DNA of 64,000 nt from a virus. Lineage: Duplodnaviria; Caudoviricetes. Made by a program: the position numbers and the translations under genes. How positions within the stretch are numbered: position 1 is the first letter of the stretch; every line of letters begins with the position of its first letter. Below, piece after piece: positions 54,791 to 63,562 of this stretch. The notes beneath the pieces were generated by a model. That model worked only from the letters and a program-made list of their open reading frames with translations. It was not told the DNA's origin and did no database searches. Where the stretch lies: positions 1,848 to 65,847 of IMG/VR virus record IMGVR_UViG_3300036845_000196; one strand, given 5' to 3'.

Positions 54791-54806
54791 TAAACAGGAG
54801 CAAGCC

Positions 54807-55274
54807 ATGAACGCCGAACACGCCACAGTGACCGTGCAATACGTCAACCAGCCCAAGGGCGCCGCAGTGTCTGGGTCGATCAAGGACGCCAACGGCGATT
54901 ACTATGGCGTGCACAAAAGCGCGCTCAATCGGTTCCAGGAAGGCGGCAAGTACGAATTCGAATTCCGCACATCGGACTCCGGTTTCCGCAATGTCGATGT
55001 CAAGACAATCCAGCCGGTCATGAACGGCGGGACGCCACGCGGCCAGTACGAGGTGCACGAGCAGCGCCAGCCGGTTGCTGCAGCACCGCAGCCGCAAGCG
55101 GTTCGGCCGACACAGTACCGCCAGCCCGTGACGCCGGCAGAAGCCAAAAGCATGTTTCGCACGTCCTGCGTGAACGCGGCCATCCAAAGCCGCCAGGTGG
55201 TGTTGACGCGCGACGGCATCGCGGCGTTGATCGTCGAGATTGACGCGGCATATGATATGGCGGCGGGCGAATGA
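54807..55274 (+). CDS. putative ssDNA-binding (OB-like) protein
   Basis: AGGAG RBS; beta-rich N-terminus. Confidence 0.5.
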   Translation: MNAEHATVTVQYVNQPKGAAVSGSIKDANGDYYGVHKSALNRFQEGGKYEFEFRTSDSGFRNVDVKTIQPVMNGGTPRGQYEVHEQRQPVAAAPQPQAVRPTQYRQPVTPAEAKSMFRTSCVNAAIQSRQVVLTRDGIAALIVEIDAAYDMAAGE

Positions 55275-55474
55275 CCGAGCGCCAAAAACAGGAAGCCCTC
55301 GACAGCATCGCCACCCGCATCGCGCGGGCCGAATACCGCGGGCTGCGTGCCACGGCGCAATCATGGCGCGAGCTTTACACGACCGTTGCATTGCGGCCGG
55401 CGGGGGAGATAGTTATGGGGACGCAGTTGTTTGGTGGGACGGTGGAAAAGGTTAGTGTCACGAGGGTTTGTTAG
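55271..55474 (+). CDS. hypothetical protein
   Basis: Coupled start; ends inside a family-B arm. Confidence 0.45.
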   Translation: MTERQKQEALDSIATRIARAEYRGLRATAQSWRELYTTVALRPAGEIVMGTQLFGGTVEKVSVTRVC

Positions 55475-55836
55475 TTTGAGCGGCCGGACTCGGTCAACGA
55501 TACACAGGGGTTCAAGATGGGCGATCACAGGCCGAAAATCACTGCCGACTTTGAAATGCACGGCCATAAAGCGCACTACGACTATGGCTGGTGCAATTGG
55601 AGTGACAATGGCGACGGGATAGATCAACGCATTGTTGATTGGTTCCGCGAACAAGTCGAGATTGCCATGAACAAATACCACGAACGAGTCCACGAGTCCC
55701 AACGTGAACAACGCCAGCGCGACGATGAACAACGGGATCGCGCGGAATTTGCGCGCCTCAAAGCAAAATTTGATACAGAGCGCAAGTGACCTTCCCAGCG
55801 CAACGGACGCGAAGGACGCCTCATGACCCAAAACCC
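55450..55836. mobile_element. Family-B cassette (arms 55450-55498 and 55786-55836)
   Basis: GTCACGAGGG..CCGGACTCGGTCAAC and inverted GTGACCTTCCC..CATGACCCAAAACC. Confidence 0.6.
55517..55789 (+). CDS. cassette cargo, hypothetical protein
   Basis: Leader GATACACAGGGGTTCAAGATG resembles GATACAGGGGTTTAAGATG of the 54583 cargo; stop TGA in the right arm. Confidence 0.6.
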   Translation: MGDHRPKITADFEMHGHKAHYDYGWCNWSDNGDGIDQRIVDWFREQVEIAMNKYHERVHESQREQRQRDDEQRDRAEFARLKAKFDTERK

Positions 55837-55953
55837 CTTCATCTTCCCGGAACGCTCCATGCTCAACCTCCTGTTCGGCATCGTCGTCCCCGTTTCAACC
55901 CTAGTCGGCTGCATCGCCGCCGTGGCATATTATCTGATCATGGGACACACCCT

Positions 55954-56394
55954 ATGAAACACCACCCGCAGCGAATCTCCCCCATCGCCCAGCCGAACGA
56001 ATTGGCCAAGCGCCTTCCCGGCACCACGGCGCGCATCCGCCTGCGGGATACCGGCGACCGGGACGAAACCTACCTGGCGCTGATCCGGCAATGCCCCTGC
56101 CTCAAGTGCGGCCTTGATCCATGTTGCGAAGCGGCCCACGTGAGATTCAATTCAGGCGCCTTCAACAAGCACAACGGCATGGGCAAGAAGCCGGCGGACA
56201 GATTCGCGGTACCTCTCTGCCCCCAGGATCATCGCGAGTCCAACGACAGCCAGCACAAAGTCGGCGAGCAAGCGTTCTGGCATTACATCGGTATAAACCC
56301 GCTGTTGACCGCAACGAGACTCTATGCAGCGCGCGGCGATTTGGTTAAGATGCGGGCCATCGTGATTCAGACCATCGCGGAGCGGCAGACATGA
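55954..56394 (+). CDS. DUF968-like putative HNH-fold nuclease
   Basis: YLALIRQCPCLKCG..EAAHVR..GMGKKPADRFAVPLC..H..QH..GE.AFW. Confidence 0.75.
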   Translation: MKHHPQRISPIAQPNELAKRLPGTTARIRLRDTGDRDETYLALIRQCPCLKCGLDPCCEAAHVRFNSGAFNKHNGMGKKPADRFAVPLCPQDHRESNDSQHKVGEQAFWHYIGINPLLTATRLYAARGDLVKMRAIVIQTIAERQT

Positions 56395-56731
56395 TCGGAC
56401 GCGCCGTCTTGTTGCTGATCCTGGTGAGCGTCGCGATCGCGCTGGCAAGCCTCAACGGCATCGGACACTATCGCGCGCTGCAATATCAGGATGTGCATCG
56501 GGATCGCCATTGAAGCCGAAACGCAAATGATTGATTAGGGAGAATGAAAAATGCCTTTCGCCGGTGCATTCCTTTTCGTGATTTTGGTCGCGGCTTGGGT
56601 GCTTTTCTGGGCTGACCGCTCCATTACCGTCGAGAATGAGTTGCAGTCCAAGGCTTGTATGTTTTTGGCGTTCCTGCCGGGTTTTTGTTTGTTGGCAGCA
56701 ATGCTTTCGCACTAACCAAGGCTGACTGCTA

Positions 56732-56986
56732 ATGAAATTTGCCCCGGTCCACACGCTCGACGACCTGGATAGCCTCGACGATACCGAGATGCAGGAGGGC
56801 TATCTATCGGCCGAGCGTGGCGACCCGGAACCCGGTGAGAACCGAGGTCGCGCTTACTGGCACGGCTGGCGCTGCAGGATGATGGACTACCACGAACTTC
56901 CGATTGACCGTGGCCACATGAAACTCGTGGACGAGTGGGTGAAGCGTGAAGGCGAGCGCCGCGCGTTATCCCAAACGAGAACTTAA
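56732..56986 (+). CDS. hypothetical protein
   Basis: EGY..PEPG.NRGRAYWHGWR. Confidence 0.6.
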   Translation: MKFAPVHTLDDLDSLDDTEMQEGYLSAERGDPEPGENRGRAYWHGWRCRMMDYHELPIDRGHMKLVDEWVKREGERRALSQTRT

Positions 56987-56988
56987 CG

Positions 56989-57288
56989 ATGACGGAAACG
57001 CTACGAGACCCGGTTGAGCATCAGGAGTTCGTGGACGGCAAACGCCGAAAGCGAATGGATGAGATCGACCGTCAGCCGCCGGCTATCCGCGCCTGCGTTC
57101 ATGAATACGGCTGGTCCGTCGTGCGCGCCTGTCTCGATCTTGGGATCAGGGAGCCGCGCCACATCCGGCATCTGGTGGAAACGGTGTTGAACGAATTTAG
57201 CCCGACGCGAGGAAGCTTTGCCTCCCAAGGCATCCGTACACAGCTTCTTGCGCCGCCCGCGGTTACTGGGGAAGAACGCAAGCCATGA
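56989..57288 (+). CDS. hypothetical protein
   Basis: Operon-packed ORF. Confidence 0.55.
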   Translation: MTETLRDPVEHQEFVDGKRRKRMDEIDRQPPAIRACVHEYGWSVVRACLDLGIREPRHIRHLVETVLNEFSPTRGSFASQGIRTQLLAPPAVTGEERKP

Positions 57289-57518
57289 AGTGGGATCGAT
57301 CATACGGCGGAGGACATGCTTACGAAAGCGAAGATGGTGGAATTAAATTCCAAATCTGGAAGTCAAACGATGCAGGCTTCGGCCTGACTGCCCGCCGTAT
57401 ATCGGATGGAAAGAATCTTACGAGCTCGCCGTCGATTGCTTGGTGCCGCACCAAAAAGCGGTGCGTCGCGTATGCTGAGAAAATTCTTAGAATACAGTTG
57501 GCGCTAACTAGGACGTAG
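57285..57518 (+). CDS. hypothetical protein
   Basis: Coupled ATGA overlap. Confidence 0.5.
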   Translation: MKWDRSYGGGHAYESEDGGIKFQIWKSNDAGFGLTARRISDGKNLTSSPSIAWCRTKKRCVAYAEKILRIQLALTRT

Positions 57519-57591
57519 GGCAAAACCCCAGCTGTAACAATTCGTGATAATAGCCTATTGACATATCCGCGAATATGCGAAATTGTAGGAC

Positions 57592-58113
57592 ATGCCAAGG
57601 CGACCAGGAAACCACGGACGGTTTATCCCTCGGGATCGCAAGTTGCTTCGGCGGTTGTATTGGAAGGAGCAAAGGACGCTGACGGAACTCGCAGCGATGT
57701 TCGATGTAACCCACAAATCAGTCCATCGTGTTTTTGAGCAACTGGGAATCACCACGCGCTCAAAATCCAAAAAAATAAATCGGGGCTGCATCGAATGTGG
57801 CAAAAGAGTTTTCCTAGTCTGGCACGCCAAACATCGTGTTTGGTATGGTAGACGATGTAAGTCTCACTGGAACAAACATCGAGCGGCCTTGGCTAAAGCG
57901 GAGTTCAACAGGCCGGGCGCACGAGAGAAAAAACAGGCCCACATGCGGCGTTGGTATCTCTCAGGTCCCATAAACCCCAAAGGAGAAAGACAGTGGCTCA
58001 GAAAAAGTCGTCACACGCTGCGAACCCTCAAGCGCGAGTTACAAAAGCCAAGCCTCGATCGGCTGGCCTTGCAGAACACGGCGTCCAAACTGGATCGCAG
58101 TTTGCGCGCTTGA
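57592..58113 (+). CDS. HTH plus Zn-finger protein
   Basis: LRRLYW..QRTLTELAAMFDVTHKSV; CIECG; upstream TTGACA at 57558. Confidence 0.6.
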   Translation: MPRRPGNHGRFIPRDRKLLRRLYWKEQRTLTELAAMFDVTHKSVHRVFEQLGITTRSKSKKINRGCIECGKRVFLVWHAKHRVWYGRRCKSHWNKHRAALAKAEFNRPGAREKKQAHMRRWYLSGPINPKGERQWLRKSRHTLRTLKRELQKPSLDRLALQNTASKLDRSLRA

Positions 58114-58286
58114 TGTCTGCGCTGATGAGCGACATCATCGCTGGGCGAGTTACGCCAGCGGTTGGCAACGCTGCGTGCAACGCTGGCGGCAAACTACTCA
58201 AGGTCGTCGAAATGCAGTACAAGTACGGCACGCAGAGTGGCAACCAAGGCGACCGTATCCTCACGCTGGCGCCAGCCGAAGGTTAA
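57951..58286 (+). CDS. hypothetical protein
   Basis: LMSALMSDII.GRVTP.VGNAACNAGGKLLKVVEMQ; start uncertain. Confidence 0.55.
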   Translation: MVSLRSHKPQRRKTVAQKKSSHAANPQARVTKAKPRSAGLAEHGVQTGSQFARLMSALMSDIIAGRVTPAVGNAACNAGGKLLKVVEMQYKYGTQSGNQGDRILTLAPAEG

Positions 58287-58290
58287 GCCA

Positions 58291-58485
58291 ATGACGCCGG
58301 ACGATGTCCGAACCATGCTGCGGCGCGCCTGTCGAGAGGCAGGCGCCGCCGTGTCCTGGGCTAAGGCCCACAAACTATCGCCGGCCTATGTCAGTGACGT
58401 TCTAAATGGTCGCCGCGATCCTGGGCCGGCAATATGCGACGCGCTCGGCATTGAGGCCGAGATGACGTATCGGAAATCAAAATGA
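58291..58485 (+). CDS. small HTH protein coupled to the recombinase
   Basis: WAKAHKLSPAYVSDVLNGRRDPGPAICDALG. Confidence 0.75.
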   Translation: MTPDDVRTMLRRACREAGAAVSWAKAHKLSPAYVSDVLNGRRDPGPAICDALGIEAEMTYRKSK

Positions 58486-59489
58486 CCCTCTCCGACCTCA
58501 TAGCCGCCTACCGGAGCGACCCGGATTCGTCCTACCGCAAGCTTCGCTTCCGGTCGCGCCAGCACATGGATGGTCTCTGCGGCAGGATTGACGCCGACTA
58601 CGGCACTGTCGAGATCGCCGACATTCGAGGGCGCCAGCTTCGCCGCTGGCACGAAGATTGGATTGTGGCCGTCAAGGCGAAGCGCCCGACCGACCCGCAC
58701 GCGGGCATCACCATGGCGCACGGCCTTATGGGAATGCTGCGGACGCTCGTAGGCTTCGGCTTCACAATCCTCGAAAACGAGGACTGCGGCAAAGTCTCGA
58801 TGCTACTGCATGGCCTCAAGTTTGAAATGGCCAAGCCGCGCACTGTCGTTCTGAGCGTTGGCCAAGTGATCGCCGTTCGCCGCATGGCACACGCAATGGG
58901 GCGTCACTCTGTCGCCTTGGCGCAGGCCCTCCAATTTGAGGGAACTCTACGGCAAAAGGACATTATCGGCGAGTTTGTTCCAGTCACTGAGCCGGGCCGC
59001 AACTATCTGGTCACCAAAGACGGATGGAAATGGCTTCGTGGCATCCGCTGGGAAGAAATCGACACCGAGCTTGTGCTTCGCCATGTCACGTCGAAGCGCC
59101 AGAAGGAAATCGAGATAGACCTGAAACTCGCGCCGATGGTCCTTGAGGAATTGCAGGACAAGTTCGGCTTGATGTCGGAACTGCCGCGACGCGGCCCCGT
59201 CATCATTTCCGAGCACAGCGGGCTTCCCTACACCGCGCCATCTTTCCGCTATCTCTGGCGCACGATCGCTCGCGCCGCTGGTATCCCCGATGACGTGCGC
59301 AATATGGACACGCGCGCCGGCGCGATCACCGAGGCGACGGATGCTGGCGCGCCGCTTGAGCTTGTGCGCCATGCGGCAACGCACAGCGATGTCTCCACGA
59401 CGGGGCGCTATTCGCGTGGTGCGCCGGCCAAGACTGCGGAAGTCATGAGAATGCGCGTTGCGGCGCGGCAGCAGCAAGAGGTGGCGTGA
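58482..59489 (+). CDS. tyrosine recombinase / integrase
   Basis: LRQKDI (Arg-I), TSK, MDTRAGAIT (Arg-II), ATHSDVSTTGRY (His/Tyr). Confidence 0.85.
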   Translation: MTLSDLIAAYRSDPDSSYRKLRFRSRQHMDGLCGRIDADYGTVEIADIRGRQLRRWHEDWIVAVKAKRPTDPHAGITMAHGLMGMLRTLVGFGFTILENEDCGKVSMLLHGLKFEMAKPRTVVLSVGQVIAVRRMAHAMGRHSVALAQALQFEGTLRQKDIIGEFVPVTEPGRNYLVTKDGWKWLRGIRWEEIDTELVLRHVTSKRQKEIEIDLKLAPMVLEELQDKFGLMSELPRRGPVIISEHSGLPYTAPSFRYLWRTIARAAGIPDDVRNMDTRAGAITEATDAGAPLELVRHAATHSDVSTTGRYSRGAPAKTAEVMRMRVAARQQQEVA

Positions 59490-59839
59490 TGGAGCAATTG
59501 AATGAATTTTTGGAATCAGATCGGCAGTGGCCGCGTCATCTGCGTATCGAACATGCTCGATACGAGCTGCGCCGGGCAAGTGCGGCTGCTACTCAGGCGC
59601 AATGCGTAGAACAGCAAACTTTTTGGCACGCCGTGCTAAAAGCAAACGGCTTTTACGACTAGCGTAATTCGGTCATTAGCGCGGACGGAAAATGGAAAAG
59701 ATCATTACCAGCTTCATCTACCCGCCGATCCCAATCCGGCAGTTCGACTGGTGCGCGCACTACGACAATTACGAGCCTGGATGCCCAATGGGCCACGGGG
59801 CGACCGAGCAAGAGGCCATCGAGGATTTAAAGAGCCAAG

Positions 59840-60574
59840 ATGAGTAGCCGGCGCACCATAGTTTGGTTTTCCTGTGGGGCGGCGTCCGCCGTAGCAGCCA
59901 AGCTATGCCCAGAGGCGCAGCCGGTCTATTGCGAGACTGGCGCAGAGCATCCTGACAATGCCCGCTTTCTAGCCGACTGCGAGCGATGGTTGGGGCGTGC
60001 CGTAGAGCGCATCGCATCGGACAAATACGCCGACACTTGGGCGGTGTGGGAAAAGACCCGCTATCTCGCCGGCATTGACGGCGCCCGCTGCACCATAGAG
60101 CTAAAGGTCAAGCCCCGGCTGGCCTTCCAGCGCCCCGACGATATTCATGTGTTCGGCTACACGGCTGACGGTCCCGATTGCGACCGCGCCGACCGTCTCC
60201 GCGCTGCATACCCCGAATTGACCATCAAGACGCCGCTGGTTGAGCGCGGCGTGACTAAGGCCGCCTGTATCGACATGGTGCGCCGGGCTGGCATAGAGCC
60301 GCCGCCGCTCTACGCAATGGGCTTCCAGAACAATAACTGCCTACCCTGCGTCAAGGCGACCAGCCCCGCCTATTGGGCGCTGGTGCGCAAATGTTTCCCC
60401 GACAAGTTCGAGCGCATGGCCAAGCTGTCACGCTCACTCGATGTGAGGCTATGTCGCCTCGGCGGCGAGCGGTCCTTTATTGACGAGATACCGGCCGACT
60501 ATCCGACCACAAATCCGATCCAGCCCTCATGCGATTTTCTCTGCCACATAGCCGAGACGGAGTTTGCAACATGA
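59840..60574 (+). CDS. PAPS-reductase-like (PP-loop) protein
   Basis: WFSCGAASAVA, EHPDN.RF, CT.ELK, GF.NNNCLPCVK. Confidence 0.75.
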   Translation: MSSRRTIVWFSCGAASAVAAKLCPEAQPVYCETGAEHPDNARFLADCERWLGRAVERIASDKYADTWAVWEKTRYLAGIDGARCTIELKVKPRLAFQRPDDIHVFGYTADGPDCDRADRLRAAYPELTIKTPLVERGVTKAACIDMVRRAGIEPPPLYAMGFQNNNCLPCVKATSPAYWALVRKCFPDKFERMAKLSRSLDVRLCRLGGERSFIDEIPADYPTTNPIQPSCDFLCHIAETEFAT

Positions 60575-60792
60575 ACGCCTGTCGAGAGTGCCGATTCTTC
60601 GATGACGAGTGGGGATTTCAGTGTCGGCATCCGCAGATAATTGTTCCCGACGCTATCCACGGCGCCGTGATGCAGGGCTGTCGCGAGGCGCGCAAAACGG
60701 AGCCATGTGGGCCAGATGGAAAGTTGTGGGAGCGTCGGCAATCCGTACTTTCTCGTCTAGCAGCCCTAGTTGTGCATTAGGGAGAATGGAAA

Positions 60793-61038
60793 ATGACGAC
60801 GGCCACGGAACTGTACAAGCGAGACCGAGACGCTATCGATCAACGCATTTTTGAGCAAATGATGGAAGCGTTCTGGAAGCGATGGGCGCCGGACGACAAA
60901 TACGAGGCGGCCACCTTCCATGCCGAGCTTTCATCGCTCATTCGGCGCGTCTACATCGACGCCCAGGAGCCTCTTTCGAAGCAGATCATGGCGATAATGT
61001 CGGCGATGCCGATACCATTCAACCTAACCGCTCCTTAA
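60793..61038 (+). CDS. hypothetical protein
   Basis: GGGAG RBS. Confidence 0.5.
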   Translation: MTTATELYKRDRDAIDQRIFEQMMEAFWKRWAPDDKYEAATFHAELSSLIRRVYIDAQEPLSKQIMAIMSAMPIPFNLTAP

Positions 61039-61051
61039 TGCCGAGAGAAAA

Positions 61052-61795
61052 ATGGGCGAAAACAGCAAAATCGAATGGTGCGATCATACTTTCAACCCGT
61101 GGATCGGATGCACGAAGGTCGGACCTCCATGTGACAATTGCTACGCCGAGGCGATGATGGATCATCGCTACGGCAACGTGCGCTGGGGCGCGGGCGAGGA
61201 TCGCAAGCGCACGTCTGCGGCCAATTGGGCATTGCCCCATAGGTGGAACCGCAAGGCCATCGCTGACGGCGCCAGGCCCTTTGTGTTTTGCGCGTCTCTC
61301 GCTGACGTGTTTGACAACGAGGTTGACCCACTCTGGCGCCGCGACCTTTTCGATATGATCAAAGCCACGCCGGCCCTTGTGTGGCTACTGCTGACAAAGC
61401 GGATCGGCAATGTGCCGAAAATGACCGATCCCCTGGCCGGCAATCTTCCGCTGCCAAGGAACGCGGCGGTCGGCGCCACAATGGGGGATCAAGAAGAATA
61501 CGACCGCGACCGGATGAAACTGCGCTATGTCGCCGATCTGTGCGGCCCGCTGTTCACATTCGCCAGCCTTGAACCGCTGCTTGGTCCAATCATTCTAGAC
61601 TGCAATGCACCGAACTGGATCATCGTTGGCGGCGAGAGTGGGCGTAACGCTCGCAACATGAAGCCGGAATGGGCGCGCGACTTGCGCGACGCCAGCGGCA
61701 GATTCGGGCGAGCGTTCTTTATGAAGCAGATGACCGGAAAGGCGCCGATACCGTCCGATTTGTTAGTGCGGCAATTTCCGAACCATGCGCTCTAA
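61052..61795 (+). CDS. DUF5131 (Gp37/Gp68) family protein
   Basis: SKIEWCDHTFNPWIGCTKV...CDNCYAE, VFCASLADVF, LLTKR, WIIVGGESG, FFMKQ. Confidence 0.9.
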   Translation: MGENSKIEWCDHTFNPWIGCTKVGPPCDNCYAEAMMDHRYGNVRWGAGEDRKRTSAANWALPHRWNRKAIADGARPFVFCASLADVFDNEVDPLWRRDLFDMIKATPALVWLLLTKRIGNVPKMTDPLAGNLPLPRNAAVGATMGDQEEYDRDRMKLRYVADLCGPLFTFASLEPLLGPIILDCNAPNWIIVGGESGRNARNMKPEWARDLRDASGRFGRAFFMKQMTGKAPIPSDLLVRQFPNHAL

Positions 61796-61818
61796 CGCGC
61801 CCTGACCGTGGATAAAAA

Positions 61819-62511
61819 ATGAATGTCCTCGACCTCTTTAGCGGCATCGGCGGCTTCTCCCTCGGGCTCGAAAGAGCCGGGATGCGAACCATTGCGTTCT
61901 GCGAATCCGATCCATACTGCCAAGCCGTCCTCAAAAAGCACTGGCCAAGGGTTCGGTGCTATCCCGATGTGCTTAGTTTGCCGCCCCACGGAGCCGATGT
62001 CGTCGTCGGCGGACCTCCCTGCCAAGCGACAAGCGTTGCTGCCGCTGTTTCAGGAAAACGTACAGGCGCCACTCTCTGGCCCGCTATGCGGCTCGTCGTT
62101 GAGCAAGCCTGTCCCAACTGGGTCGTCGTCGAACAGCCGGCCGGCAACGCGGAGTGGGAAGCGGAAGTTAAGGGCGATCTGGCGGGGCTTGGCTTCTACA
62201 GCACCAGACTTAAACGATCGGCTCGCGATTGTGGTGCGCCTCATGAACGCCGGCGAGTGTTCATTGTTGCCAACCCCGTGCGCGAGCGATGCGAAAAGGT
62301 GGCCTGGCTCACCGACCCATCCGCGGTTGATGCGAGCGCGTGGCCTGCGCCTCCAAGAGGAGCTTGGCGCCAGGCCGGGGCCGGAAATCGTCGAATGGAT
62401 GATGGGTTTTCCGATTGGGTGGACCGCCTTAGAGCCCTCGGAAATTCCGTCATCCCCGCGTGGACGGAAATTATCGGGCGAGCAATCATGACCACCCAAA
62501 TGGGGAGATGA
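61819..62511 (+). CDS. C5 DNA cytosine methyltransferase, alpha-like subunit
   Basis: LDLFSGIGG (motif I), GGPPCQ (IV), HERRRVFIV (VIII), RLRALGNSV (X). Confidence 0.88.
   Translation: MNVLDLFSGIGGFSLGLERAGMRTIAFCESDPYCQAVLKKHWPRVRCYPDVLSLPPHGADVVVGGPPCQATSVAAAVSGKRTGATLWPAMRLVVEQACPNWVVVEQPAGNAEWEAEVKGDLAGLGFYSTRLKRSARDCGAPHERRRVFIVANPVRERCEKVAWLTDPSAVDASAWPAPPRGAWRQAGAGNRRMDDGFSDWVDRLRALGNSVIPAWTEIIGRAIMTTQMGR
62243..62491 (+). CDS. putative overlapping beta subunit of the C5 methyltransferase (+1 frame)
   Basis: LLPTPCASD..PEIVEWMMGFPIGWT; frame is open from 61823; start uncertain. Confidence 0.65.
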   Translation: MNAGECSLLPTPCASDAKRWPGSPTHPRLMRARGLRLQEELGARPGPEIVEWMMGFPIGWTALEPSEIPSSPRGRKLSGEQS

Positions 62512-62754
62512 TGCTAATGGACAAATGGATCGACAAGACAATTCCCGCCGTCGCTGATCGGGCCGACTTCGGGCCAGCATACAACGGTGAGGACTATGTG
62601 ACGATGACCTTCCGCGTCCCGAAGGACACCCCCGCGATTGTCGGCAAATGGGATTTGACGCCGCGCGGCGCGGGCTCGTTCGATTGGGCTGTCCAAAAGA
62701 ACCCCATAGAAGAATAGCATTCGCCCGCGCAAAGCGTCAGTTAAGGAGGCAAAA

Positions 62755-63309
62755 ATGCACCGCAGGCTGAGCAAGATCGAACTCATCATCGCGCAATCGC
62801 CGATTGCTGCGCTGCTCGGTCGCCACAAGAAGCACGCGGACATGCAGCTCTATAAGGTGCTCGCGGACTGCATGGAGATTTCAGAAATCTGCCTTCGCGA
62901 TATTAAGGAATACGAGGTTTTGAACGGGCTCATTCAAAAGCTCCCCGTAATCGACGGAAAAAACCGTCATTACGTCGAACGCAGCAGCGACATTTACCAG
63001 CGCGTCTGCCGCTTCATGTTTCATGGCGAGGAGCATAACGCCAACACAAATCGATATGCTCATTGCCTACGGGAGGCTGCCAGGCAGGGCGTAAAAGGCA
63101 AAGCGTTGGTTGCGGAACTCTCCAAAGGCGGCATCAACAAGTTCTATTTGAAGCGTCCAAATCAAAGCCGAGAGGTTAGGGTTTCGACGAAATGTCTGCG
63201 ACTGGATCGAGCGATAGCCCATAGCCGCCGCGCCTCGTTCACTCTCAATCTAAAACGCGGAGAGGACGGCGTTTACAAGGTTTTGAAAATGCAAGAGACA
63301 ACGCGCTAA
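62755..63309 (+). CDS. hypothetical protein
   Basis: TAAGGAGG RBS. Confidence 0.6.
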   Translation: MHRRLSKIELIIAQSPIAALLGRHKKHADMQLYKVLADCMEISEICLRDIKEYEVLNGLIQKLPVIDGKNRHYVERSSDIYQRVCRFMFHGEEHNANTNRYAHCLREAARQGVKGKALVAELSKGGINKFYLKRPNQSREVRVSTKCLRLDRAIAHSRRASFTLNLKRGEDGVYKVLKMQETTR

Positions 63310-63319
63310 TGCGTCATTC

Positions 63320-63562
63320 GTGACGACGGAGAGGAAGATGGCAGAGAAACTACCCAAAATGTTTGTTGATCCGCAGCGCCCTGGTATCATCAGACACGAG
63401 GATGATCCGACCGCCGGGCTTCTCGCCGGGATGCGCGCCAAGGACATCTGCGCGGCGTGCAACTACTACAACGATTTGATCGCTCTAATCGAAAAGGCGA
63501 AGGACAGCCGCTATTCATCCGAAGCCATCGGCGTCGCTTTCAGGGCTGCGTTCACGTCATGA
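63320..63562 (+). CDS. hypothetical protein
   Basis: Operon-packed ORF. Confidence 0.5.
   Translation: MTTERKMAEKLPKMFVDPQRPGIIRHEDDPTAGLLAGMRAKDICAACNYYNDLIALIEKAKDSRYSSEAIGVAFRAAFTS

Noticed and set aside
5182-55836. Repeats as a CRISPR array
   Set aside because: Copies are dispersed and inverted rather than tandem direct repeats with uniform spacers; no cas genes seen.
8058-55836. Repeats as integron attC sites or classical IS ends
   Set aside because: No consistent GTTRRRY/RYYYAAC cores in direct-repeat arrays, no transposase, and no consistent target-site duplication that I could see.
8058-55836. Homology to RAG recombination signal sequences
   Set aside because: GGTTTTTG resembles the nonamer and spacers fall in two classes, but there is no CACAGTG heptamer or Transib-like gene; analogy only.
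57558-57586. Sigma70 promoter at TTGACA
   Set aside because: The -35 is perfect but there is no convincing -10 at 16-18 bp spacing.
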